In this document: one piece after another, positions 12,583-23,779 of the stretch
How positions within the stretch are numbered: position 1 is the stretch's first letter
How the letters are laid out: each line of letters begins with the position of its first letter
Source: Moniliella sp. 'wahieum'
Lineage: Eukaryota
Reading direction: 5' to 3'
Length of the DNA: 64,000 nucleotides
Assembly (NCBI GenBank): GCA_003971905.1
Contig: RSEE01000018.1
Span: 372,001-436,000 of the forward strand
The notes under the pieces: generated by a model
The model's database searches: none
Told to the model about the DNA's origin: nothing
The model's input: only the letters and a program-made list of their open reading frames with translations
Position numbers and translations under genes: made by a program

Positions 12583-14652
12583 TCATGGCACATGGGCGGG
12601 AAAGTTGGTACTTGGTCTTTGCCAGGTAGGCCCGACTCGACCTTGCCCGACAGAGGAGAAGAAAGAAGAAACAGCTTCAGCGGGATTGGGAAGGATGAGG
12701 ATGGGCTGCTGCGGCCGCCCTGGCCTCCGCAACGGCCGACGGGCCGTCGAGGGAAAAGCGCGGGTGGGAGGAGATGGAGCGGCGGAAGGGTGGGGCGGGG
12801 GCAGAAGGAAGTAACGGGGACGTTTCAGCGTTGCCTCCCGCGCCCACGCGCGGCTCGTCGGCGTCCTCCTCATCGTCGGACGACTCTTGCGGGATGTGGG
12901 ATGTAATGTCGTCGCCAAACACGACACCCATTCTTCAATCGGGACGCCAGCGGTTTCAGGGTAAAAAATGTAGACGGTCAAGACGGCAATGAGGCAAAAG
13001 AGCCGTGCATGGGGTACAAGCGCCATGTGATGAGGTCTTGAAGGATCGGTTGTCGTTTCGCCCCCGTAATAGTGCTGAGAAAGTTGACCGCTGTTGAGAG
13101 GGAGACGCCCTTGGCGCGAAAGGTGAGCGGCATAATCTCCGGACGGCAACAGCCAAGGGACCGGGCCAAAGGAGGCCCAAAGGAGAACGGTAGCAAATCA
13201 CCGACACAACGGTCAACTGAGGCGAGGAGAATGGAAGATCAAGCCAAAGGAAAAGCCCCGTGAGCATAAGAAAGAGGGGCCTCGAGCAGGCCACCATAGA
13301 TTAAGATGGGACGGGGCCCCAGCTGTCAATCAAAAACCACACGGGGATCGTTGAGCTGACATAAAGGCAAGCGTTAAGCCCAGTCATGAGCACGCTGTAA
13401 TAGAAACAGGTTAGTCCAACGACGGGGATCGATATGACCACTCACGTACCGTCTCTTCCTTCCCACCCTGCCCGTTCAAACAAGCGGGGGGCATAAAAGC
13501 TGACCACGTTAATCCCATTCATCTGTTGTTCCCGCAAAGAGAGGGGGGGTGTCAGTGAGACGAAGCGCCGAATGGGATGGTCAAAAACACAAACCTGCAA
13601 AGAATTGCTGCTGCAGGCTACGAGGACGCGGTAACGGTACCGCTTCCACATAGCCCGGTACGAGCGGTCGCCTTGTTCACGGAGGAAGAGGACATTTTCC
13701 TTGATTTCACGGTACTCGAGTCTGTGGGTGAGAGGAGACGGGTGGTCAGTGTGTTGTCGCACTCCCGGTTCTACTCGAGCGGCCAGAAATGACCTCTAAA
13801 GGTCCGGAAGGGAACGTACTTGGCGCGTTTGTTGTGAATCCGTCTTGTCACTGTGAAGTTCGACTAGAACGCGCATGGCGTCCAAGTCGCGGTCCTTGTC
13901 GAGCAAGTAACGAGGCGACTCGGGCAGCACCAACGTTCCCACGGCCAAGATGCAACCGACAATGACCTGGATGCTAAGTGGGAACCTCCAAGATACATCG
14001 CCTGCCATGAAACTTGCGCCGTACCCGATCCAGACACTGGGCATAACCGGTGATGTTGAGGGTGTACTCTATCGAGGCCAGGTAGCCACGATGCTCGGCG
14101 ACAGAGATCTCGCTTTGGTACATGGGTACGACCATGGTGAGGAATCCGACGCCAAAGCCGGCGATGGCACGGCCAGCGGTGAGCATGAACAAGTTGAGAG
14201 ACGCAGTCTGAAGAAGGCCCCCCAAACTGAAAAGAACGGCGCCCCAAAAAATGGTAGCCTTGCGGCCGATGCGGTCGGCGAGGGTGCCAGCGAGGAGGGC
14301 AGTGAAGAGAGCAGCAGGTCGAGAATGGCCACCACGGTCCCGATCTGGGCGGCGGGGGGGGTGGAAGTACAGGAGGAATGCGGGATGGACAATGAGGCTG
14401 GACATGACGCCCTGGTCGTAGCCAAAGAGCAGGACACCGAGCGAGGCAAAGATGGTGACGGCCATCATGAGGCGGGCGCCGCAGAGGCCGAGGCGGGCCA
14501 TGAGGGAGGTGGGGGCGGCGGTGGGGGGGAGAAGGGGGCATGGACGTGGTGCGAGCGGCGGAGGCGGTGGAGGCGGTGCGGCGGCGGGCGGTGCTGCTGG
14601 AGGCGACGGGGACGCTGCCATAGTCGAGGGGGACAGGGGGGGCGGAGGGCAT
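12583..14652 (-). CDS. MFS sugar porter family transporter (multi-exon)
   Basis: Sugar porter motifs: LLFGYDQGVMS, LADRIGRK, GRAIAGFGVG, VPMYQSEIS, PESPRYLL, QQMNGINVVSFYAP, PEIMPLTFRAKG, YPETAGVPIEE. Introns near 13400-13450, 13525-13595 and 13770-13820. Confidence 0.92.
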
Positions 14653-15023
14653 GGGGGCGATGGTGGTGGCGGGACGGATGGAGGGGGGGCGTCTGGGAGA
14701 AGAGGGACGGGCAGGGGGGCGCAGGACAGGCGGCCGAGGGGAGGCGCGGGCGCTGCTGGAACGACGCCGACGGATGTGGCGGAGACGCCCTCGGCGCGTG
14801 CCCGCACGCAAATACGCAGCCAGCAGCCTGCCCCTCAGCGCCGCAGAAACGCAAGCCCCGTCATTTAACCCAGCACGTGACCCTGCCCTGCCTGAAATGT
14901 TCAGCGCAGCACCCAACCCTAGCTGCCGCCCATTTGTAATCGTCGTCTGGCCGCCGCCCAGCCGAGCTGCCCGTCCGCCAGCACCCACCACCACCCCCAC
15001 CTCCGTCTCTTCCTCTGCGCACA

Positions 15024-15850
15024 ATGGCTGTGAGTGCGCGCGTTCTTGTGCCTTCGTGCACGGCCCCGTACTGACTCTTCTTCTCCACAGTCTGGCTGGG
15101 GCTACAACGGTCGTACGTATCTCTGCGTGGAAGCTACGCGGACAGACCAGGTCGATGGCCATGGCTTGGCCCTCTCCTGCCAACGCCCATGGCCAGCCCC
15201 CCCGTCCTTCACCCCGTTTGTTCACGGACCTACTAACCTAGCCCTCGCCTGTTTTTCTTCACGCCAGCTCCGGGTCGCTGCTACTACTTCTTCCAGCAGT
15301 TCCAGCAATGCTACCTGGTCTCGGACAACCCTCAAGCTTGCCGCCCGCAGGTGGAGGACTACAACGAGTGTCTCCACCACCGCAAGGCCATTGCGCGTGA
15401 GCAGCAACTGCTGGCCCAAACGCAGGTCTACCAGGCCACTCACATGGCCGACACGCGTGAGGAAAAGAACAAGAAACATTTTGCCGACTTGGAGTGGATA
15501 CGTTCCTTCCAGCATCGTACCCCGATGGCCTAGCCCACCCCATGCGTGTCTCCTTTTCTCCCTTCCTCCTCCTTGTCTTGCTGTGCCGCTCTGTCTCTCC
15601 ACGGGCGCTCCTGTGAGTAGTGCCCTGACCGGAGCACCGGCATGTGCATTGGCTCTCCATCGCGTGGGTCAGCGACTGCCCCCCACCTGCTGCAGACCAG
15701 ACGGGAAGGAACGAACGGGCGTTCCCAGACAATCGGACCATTGCATGTTCGTTAGGCTGCTCTCAGCCGCGCGCACTATAGAATTGCGAGAAATAGAGTC
15801 ACCATTTCCAGCCCGCCAACATTGAAGGCCGCGCACTTTTGCTTGTGAGC
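15024..15850 (+). CDS. NDUFS5: NADH:ubiquinone oxidoreductase 15 kDa subunit (NDUFS5/NIPM, twin CX9C)
   Basis: Spliced by eye: exon 1 15024-15029, intron GTGAGT..CTGAC..CAG, exon 2 15091-15112, intron GTACGT..CTAAC..CAG, exon 3 from 15268. Product MASGWGYNGPPGRCYYFFQQFQQCYLVSDNPQACRPQVEDYNECLHHRKAIARE has two perfect CX9C motifs and the typical MASGxGxNG and ECLHH signature. 3' exons are uncertain. Confidence 0.9.
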
Positions 15851-16079
15851 TATTAGGGGAAGGCCAATGCCAAGTGCAGTGCTCGCCGTCTCGCGTGCTA
15901 CGTTCAGATGCAGATCAGGCCCGTAGGTTCCATGAAATCCAGAATCAGGCCACAGCGAGTCCGGCGAGGGGGAACCATGCCGCTGGTATGGAGGTGCGCA
16001 GGACAGGGAGGGGGTTGTTCTACTTTGGTCAACTACGGAGGCAGACATGGTTCATTCTTGGCATCAGATGCAGTTCCAA

Positions 16080-16736
16080 TCAGCCTCCGACCCAGAGACT
16101 GAAAGAGGTGCAGGCATAGAACCAATTACTTGCGTGGGACTGGGGCTGGGGCTTGGGCAGACCATCGTAGAAGCGAGTGCGGTCCTCCGAGTGCAACGAC
16201 GAAAACACACCACGTGCGGCCGGGGCAAACGACTCGACCGCCTTGCGGATCTTGCGCACCTTTTCTCCCGACGACTGTAGCACCATATCCATCTTTTCCT
16301 CAATCTCATGCGGGCGTTTGCCCTTGCAGCTAACGACCTTGGTGTTGCCGTTGGCTGGGGCGCGCAACGGTGTGTCAGTAACGAGAAGGGGCGGAGGCCA
16401 ACATGGCGAAAAGGCGGGCCCGCCAAGCGGGGGAAGAAGCACGGTAGGGAGGGGAAGGGGGGACATACTGTAAAACCCGCGGATGATGGGGTGGGCGGTC
16501 GGCCTGTCCTGGACGACAAACTCGACAAACGGGTAGCGCTTGGCCAGCTGGACAAGCCCGAGGCGATGAAGGACGAAGTGGCGCATGCCCTCGTGCGACG
16601 CGTGGGCGTGGTTCACCTCCACCACCACCTTGCGCACCGGCATGAGGTAGGAGCCCTGGGGCCCACCGAGGGAGCGGGAGGCCCGGCTGATGAGCAGCTT
16701 GTCCGCACTTCGTGCCAACAGTAGGGGCCGCGGCAT
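16080..16736 (-). CDS. MRPL51: Mitochondrial ribosomal protein mL43 (yeast MrpL51-like)
   Basis: SYLMPVRKVVVE..ASHEGMRHFV..LAKRYPFVEFVVQDRPTAHPIIRGFY/TNGNTKVVSCKG..LQSSGEKVRK..VESFAPAARGVFSSLH matches the L51/S25/CI-B8 family mL43 pattern. Intron 16355-16468. Confidence 0.88.
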   Translation of the reverse strand: MPRPLLLARSADKLLISRASRSLGGPQGSYLMPVRKVVVEVNHAHASHEGMRHFVLHRLGLVQLAKRYPFVEFVVQDRPTAHPIIRGFYSMSPLPLPTVLLPPLGGPAFSPCWPPPLLVTDTPLRAPANGNTKVVSCKGKRPHEIEEKMDMVLQSSGEKVRKIRKAVESFAPAARGVFSSLHSEDRTRFYDGLPKPQPQSHASNWFYACTSFSLWVGG

Positions 16737-17474
16737 GATCGTCAACAGGCGCGCAGTCGTTGTACGGACCGAGCTCGGCAGAAGGCAGACGAGAGCACAA
16801 GAAGTCGAGCGAGCGGAAGGTGGCGGCCACCCGCATTCCGCCCTTCCAACTCTTCTTCGGCTTTCAAACTGCAACTTTCAACCAAACGACTGAAAGGTCA
16901 ACTTACCCAGTCGGCTCGACTGCAGGCATCACGTGGGACGGTCACTCATCATACATCACGCATGGCCTCCGGCTCAGGGCCTTACGCCAATGCCAAAACA
17001 CCTGGGATCAGATGCCCAGTATTGACTGCCACACTTTTGTGCACCATCGTAGCTCTATCCAGAGTGTGCCACCACCTCCGTCTATGGCATACGGAGGGAG
17101 GAGCAAGAGTGCCTTCCACAAAGAGGTGAGGTCCAATGCTTCGATCCAAGGCGCCTACAGCGAAGAGTGTGGCACGTACTATAATAACCGCCCCCGCCAG
17201 CTCGGCTCACAGCCCCCTCTCCCCCGCGCGCCCTCGCCATTCTGGTTTTGTGCCAACCCGCTCCGACATATAAGTGCACGACAATGGATGAAAGAGACAG
17301 AGGGAAAATGAATGCATGGAATGATTAATGATGAGGGAGGGATGACATACACAAAACCGAGACCGTGTCGAACAAAACAGATGCGCATGACGCGCCGACC
17401 GGAATGAAGCCGCCGCCAAAACCGTCTCCAACAAGAATGAATATACAACAGAACAGCTCCAAAAAGGAATAGAA

Positions 17475-19450
17475 TCACCGCTTCCCCCCAATCGCCCTGG
17501 TCCTTCCGTCAAGCTTCACCCCCGGGCTTGCGCCGCTGGAGAGCCAAGAGACAACATCAACGTGCACGGGCCTGCGCAAAAGGGGGTCATCTTGTTCGCG
17601 CAGCTCCTGGACCCGAGTCAACAAGTGGTCCCACAGCCGGTCCAACACCATCGTTGCGGTTCCCGGAGAGAAGCGGGCGTGGATACGAAGCACGTGGCGC
17701 AAGTGCGCGTCGTAGACGGTTTTTACGAGTTCGACCAGCTCGGTGGCAAACGCGCCATCCGTCAGCATGCCATCGCGCAAGCCTGTCCAGGCTGGGTGGA
17801 CGATCCGGGTGGCAGCATACTCCGCATTGGGCCAGGGGCCTGGTTCATCTCCAGCGAAGATGACGGAGCCGAAAAGTCTTCCTCCATCTCTAGACCACAG
17901 GACCAGACTACGTCCCAGTCCTGCTGGGACGCCAGCAGGGCGGCGGTACGAGTATGCTGGGACGAGCGTAAGTAAAGCGGACGGGCAAGCATGCGTCTGG
18001 CCACATCGGGGGTGATAAGGGCGGTGGAGGGAGACGAGGCGCTGGATGCAAGGGGAAAGGAGCGTTGTCAGCGTGCCCAAAATTCGTATGTATCTTCCTC
18101 ATCACCGTCAGACTTTGGTGTGAGGATGGGGCGAACATGAGGTAGCTTAACAGTATCGCGGTGGGGAGTGGACGGAACGGATTGCTGGCGCGAGGAAGGG
18201 GAAGATGAAGACGAAAATGAAGATGAGATGAAGATGAGGCAGCAAGATAAGACCACACCCCACTGGTAAACTCAGCTGCACGAGCCGAGAGGAAGGAGGA
18301 CAGCTCCTGGTCAGGCTGTGAGCCGGGTTCGGAACCGATGGGGAGAGAACTTGGGAACGATGGGCAGCGAAACGAGGGGGAAGAGGTGCGGGATCGGTAT
18401 GCATGGTAGTCTCTTGACCAGTCACCGGTGACTGAGATTCGTTGGCACTCTTCCGGCTGGGGTCGTGGCTTCGGTCGCTCCCACATTTGGTGTGGGGAAA
18501 AGGAAAAACGCTGCTCCTGTTGCACTGAAGGGGACGTTAACGGATGCGGAGAGGGCAACCATACCGTTGAGGGAAAGCCACCGGAAAATGGAATGTCCGA
18601 TAATTCACTGGGAGTGGTGGGGAAGGGGCTGGGGCCCCATGGTGCTGGCACATGAACAGCACGAGGATGGGCCCAATGGAGGTCCATCAGACAAAGACCG
18701 AATCGAACGGTTCCTGGCGGGACAACAGGCACGCCGAAGGGGCGAGTCGTGTAGGTTTCAAAGGTGTGGTCCACCAAGTGGGGGAGGCCAACGGTGCTGT
18801 GATATCGTTGGTCTTGTTCATGGATGGTCATCACTTCACGAAAATCCGTACCGGGCATGTCCGTATGAAGAAAGAAAAGAACGGTGCCGCAGGATCCAAA
18901 TTTCCTTCGGAACTCATCTGGGCCCGATAGTTGGCCGAAAGCGTGAAGAAAACGCGTGAAGGAGAGGACCTCCACGTGAGTGCAAAGCTCCATATTCGAC
19001 GGCAGTGATCGTCTCCCCCGCCTCTGGCAGGGGAACATGATCCACAAGTGAATCTAACACTTCTAGCACCTTGAGCCTTAGACCAGGGATAAAATGGCCT
19101 ACCCCTCCTGCCCACGCTTGCCGTTTGATCCGGAGTGTGCGCAACAGTATTGCGATCGGGGAAAGTGTGCAGAGAGACATGGGGATAGTTCTAGCACGAG
19201 GACGACTGCTCGTCGTTTGGGCACCACTAGAGAAACGTTCGATAAAGCCATTTGATGGTGTGAGCCCTCAGAATGGCAATAAGAGGAGATGTCGATAGGG
19301 TCAAGCAGCGAACCTTGGGTCGAAGACGGACGGACTGGGGGCGTCCCAGTGCCAGCAGGGCAAGCAGAGAGTGGAGCCGATGCTGAGGAGGATGTATCGG
19401 TGTTGGTGGGGAGTGAGACGCCAGAGAGGAGTTAGGCCGGCCAGGCGACA
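17475..19450 (-). CDS. Hypothetical protein or degenerate gene with globular-looking segments
   Basis: Minus-strand ORFs 17475-18080, 17908-19047 and 18914-19180 contain complex, amphipathic sequence (FATELVELVKTVYDAHLRHVL; CTHVEVLSFTRFLHAF). No family recognised. Confidence 0.35.
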
Positions 19451-22439
19451 AGCTGTGGCCAAGGCCGGGCGTTCAAGTCCGAGGAAGGCCACAGAATTAG
19501 CCCAGGATGGGGCATGGGCGGGCCGGGTGAGTAAATAACGATGCAACAAAAGAGGTCGCATAAGTGTAGGCTGTGAAGCGGCACCGCGACATGGCCGCGT
19601 ATGCGAGGCGGTTTTGGTAAGCGAAATAGTCACTGTTGCTATTGTTGGTTGAGCGGCAGCTGTTTCCATTTTCAACGGTGCTCGGAGCAGAAGGTGTTTG
19701 ATCGTAGGCAGACAAAATAGGGACGGATGTGTGACCAATGCTCCGCCGGGGAGTGTGTTGAGGATTCCGGAAGAAGGTCGGGAAGGCCATCGCTTTGGTA
19801 CTTGGGGATGGGGGGCTTCCAGCGGAGACTGGAACGGGAAGGGAGGATGCGATCGCCCTTTGGCCCATTGGCTCCCCTACTAGGGGCGTGCTAGGCTCAT
19901 CGGATGGGCTAAGTGCAGGCAACTGAGGACTGCAGGGAGGGGGCATTGGAGCTAGTACTGGCGATGTGGGAGGGACTTGGGCTTGGCGTCGATGGGAGGG
20001 AGAGGCATGGATATGGCTGGAAGTCAGACGGTGTAGGCGGTGAGCCGCCGCAGGTAATAGGTTCGGCGTACGGCATATACGTGACGGATTGAGGGTGGGG
20101 GCATACACGCCAACAGGGACGGGAGCGCACAGAGAGAGGGGCAGGGAAACGGCGCCCACGTATGCTGATGGGGATCCAGATCGACGTGGGTAAGGGGCCG
20201 CGGTGGTGGTGGCAATGGCAGTGGGCGCAGCAAGCGAAGTCGCAGTAGCCGGGGGGGGGAGGAGGGGGGAGGTGGCGAAGAAGAAGTAACGAGAGAGGCG
20301 ATGATGCAGTGGAAGTGTACCGACAGCTCGGCTTGGCGTAGGTGGTGTGTGATGTGGGTTGCGAGGGACCTGAGGCACGTTATTGACCGCTGAGTCTCAG
20401 CGCTGCGCGCGGAGCTGAGCCCCTCAGCTGAAACCGGGGCCCGCGAATATACTCTGGCAGGCTATCGGGGGGAGTGCTCCGCCAGCGCAGCGCCAGTGTG
20501 GACAGAGACGTGCACTGGCGCACTTGGCCACCCCAATCAACACCAGGGCCCGTTCCACAGGCAACAGTAACTCTGGTAACTAGTAACACTGATGTACTGG
20601 TGGCCCAAGTGCTGCGCTGCGTTGCAGGGCGGCCGTTTGCCGTGGAAGTGCGAGTCAAGATCTGAGACCCAACCCTCAGCTTGAGAGGCCTGTCGAGAAA
20701 CCAGTCGCTCCCTCCAGCTCTCGCCACGTCTGCCCCGTCACTGCCATCGTCTATCGCCTATCTCTTCCCTCGCCCTGAGGCCTGATCCATGGCCCATTGC
20801 CCAGCGAACGCGAAGGGTCGAACGGTAACGCGTCGGACACACCAAATGCCCACCGCCCTGCTTGCGCCGCGCCCCGCCCGTGCCGCCCACACAGCCGAGA
20901 AGCTCGCGAGCTCCCACTCACGTGCCTTTCGCAACACTCTCCGGCTCGAGAAACCCACCCGGGATACTGTCACCCCCATTTTCGCTCTTAAAAACAAAGA
21001 TTACCCCCCCGTCTCACTCTTCCCTCTTTTGCTCCCCTCCACCTAAATGGTGTGGTTAGCCCCTCTCCCGAGGGAGCACGCATATATACTGAGAAAAGAG
21101 TAGAGTAATATAGGTTTTACGCACCCCAGCTGTTTCGCGTAGTATAGCTTCCGCGATGCATCATGCGTCTCTCAAACGCGCTTCCGTTGCTTTACCCCCC
21201 GCTCGAGCTGAACAATCTGATTTGTTTGGGGAGAGATGCGGGGGAGTATTAGTGTGCACATGACTATGTCCGCTGTCGTCCGACCCTCTTTGGCGCCCTA
21301 TGTCTCTGCCAGGCTCCTCTCTTGGAATAGAGCCACCAAAACAACTCATCTCTTTCTCGGGAGCCCTGAATTATGGTCACGAGGGATTGACCCCGCGGTC
21401 AACGTCAGAGTAGGACAAGAGAGTTGTCACCAACACGTATATATAACCCCGAGATGCCCGGAATCATACGAGGAGAAACTCACAGTTTTGAGGACACAGG
21501 AGGAAGGGTGTACAGTATTCCTTTTACCTACTCATGATCGGGGTATGTCGGTCGACTCAGTGGAAAAAGCAATGTGCTGATGGTTGGATTCGTTGTGATA
21601 CTAGAGATCAGAGAAAAAAGGGGGGGGGAAAAACCAAGGAAAAAGGCGGCGCAGTGAGCAGGAGCACGCCAGCCGCTGAGGCAAGCATGGGCCCATGTGA
21701 TGCGTCTCCAAGAGGTGACGCAAAGAGCGGCTACAAGTACCGAGAGCTCCAAAAGGGAGATGAAAGTGAGGCGTGGAGGAGACGCGCGCGATGATGGTGG
21801 AAAGGTCGGATCCACCAAACCAATACTTAATTTCCCACACTCCGAAGCTCTCTGGCTGTGAGCTTTGGACGGCCTTGGGAATGGCAGTTGGGTGCTGTTG
21901 GTGCTGTTTGTTGACTGTGACCCTCCGGGTTCCAGTCGGTAGACCAGGTTCCCTCGGTTCCATCTGTTTCCACGCTGCGGATATCGTCTCAGCGTGTGGC
22001 ACTGTCCCTGGCCTTGCATTCTTCTATGTAATACCTCACTGGCCTGTGCCTAGTCCGGCCTCCTATCTAGATGCCTCTGTAACATGTAACTAGACTCAAC
22101 TGGGGCACCAATCCATCACCTTCTTCTCATCCCTCTGCCCATCCGGCTCCCTAGGCCAACACTGTTGTCATCACCACTGTGGATCCCATAGAGCTATACA
22201 TGGATGAGTTCCATCTTGTGATTGGGGGCAGTAGTAGTGCAAATTGCCGCCATCGCTGGCCATGAACAAATGAACTTCGAAAGAGAACCAAATGTTCGAC
22301 ATGGCGTGCCGCCGGACGTACGCGGGGCAGGGCCGAGTTACGTCAGCGCTTCGAAGCCTGGCCGACCAGCCCGGCCCGTCGTATCAGCAACGGACCACGA
22401 CCTGCTCTACTTTTGCCGCCAGCCTCTTGTGTCCCAGAA

Positions 22440-23364
22440 ATGCCGGCGGACCAACCTGCTGCGCCGCCCGCGGCGGATATGGCGCCCGTCCAGTCCGTTC
22501 GCAACGCTCGTCCGCTCATCATTGGCCCGCCTCGCCTGAACCCCATTCCCCATCGTGCTCGAGGGCACAGTGGAGAATGGGTTTGGAAGGGGCGGCAAGG
22601 AGTTGGGCTGCCCAACTGCCAACTTGCCTCCCGCGGTGTTGGAAGAGGCAGAGAAGAAGCATGGGCTCACCACGACTGGCGTCTATTACGGCTGGGCGCG
22701 CGTCGTCACCACCCTCCCGGAGCAACGGTACGTCCCTCTCTTCACTCTCCTTACGTTGCGCACGCTGCCCAAACTGCGGCCCAGGTGCTAGCTTGCTTCA
22801 TTGTCGGCGTCATACTCTGACACTCCCCCTCCCCCTCCTCGGCCACGCGGGTCTTTGCTGCAGGAACAGGAATGGGTCAAGGACAATGACCGTATTTGGC
22901 CCATGGTCATGAGCGTCGGTTTCAATCCTTTTTACGGGAACAAGGTCAAGACCGCCGTACGTCTCTTTATCCTTGTCGTTGTCCTTTGCCATTTATGTTT
23001 CTTGTTTGGCTAACGTGGAGCTTCTGCTATTCTTTCTATTTTCTCTTTGAAAACACAGGAGGTTCACATCATTCACAAGTACCCCAGGGACTTTACGGCG
23101 CCACCGTTCGCTCCATTGTGTTGGGCTACATCCGCCCCGAGTTCAACTACACTTCGGTCGGTACGTAGCACCTTGTCTTCCCTTCTTCTCTATTTGCGTT
23201 GTTTTCTCTCCCCACTCCCTTGGACGGCAGAGAGGGGATGGACTGAGAACTAACGCCCGTCCGACTGGGTAGACGATCTAATTGCCGACATTGAGACGGA
23301 CAAGAAGGCTGCCATCAAGAGCTTGGACAGGCCGGGCTACCAGGCCTACCAATCCAAGATCTAA
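22440..23364 (+). CDS. FMN1: Riboflavin kinase
   Basis: LEGTVENGFGRGGKELGCPTANL, GVYYGWA, PMVMSVGFNPFYGN, EVHIIH, IVLGYIRPEFNY, LIADIETDK. Three introns (about 22728-22863, 22957-23059, 23161-23272); stop TAA at 23362-23364. Confidence 0.95.
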
Positions 23365-23779
23365 GCCTGCCATGTCTCTTTTCCATCCGACCCCATTGCA
23401 AGGGGTTCGACTCGGTGAATGGTAGATGGCGACGATGCATGCTGGTTGGTGTCCTAATTTAATCGCTCCCGCCTCGGTCACCTCGGTGATAAAATGATTG
23501 CATTTGCCCTAGTACCAGACGGTGATCGATGATCAGCTTTTCCCAGATGGTCGATGACAGATGAGGTCGATGAGACTGATAACGACCAGAACGGTAAATG
23601 AGAACGTTTTCACCTTTCGATGTCAGCCTGTTAGAACGCTCTCATGCCCGTCGACGGACGTCAAGGCGACCGCCGGACACTTCGTACTGCAAAAATGCGT
23701 TGGCGTGACCCGGTCCGGCCTTTCAAGCCAAATTTGAAAGTCGGCATTAGGCTTCCGTGTCGAATTTACCCCGCCCGCT

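Noticed and set aside
20968..21450. Possible solo LTR (TGTCAC start, TATA-like motifs, lower GC)
   Set aside because: No matching terminal inverted end, target-site duplication or second copy was found in the window.
15024..23364. Mitochondrial gene cluster (NDUFS5, mL43, FMN1)
   Set aside because: Three housekeeping genes separated by unrelated DNA, with no shared regulatory motif seen; chance adjacency is adequate.
23395..23420. GGTTCGACTC, similar to a tRNA T-loop/B-box
   Set aside because: The flanks do not form a T-stem or cloverleaf; it lies just downstream of the FMN1 stop.
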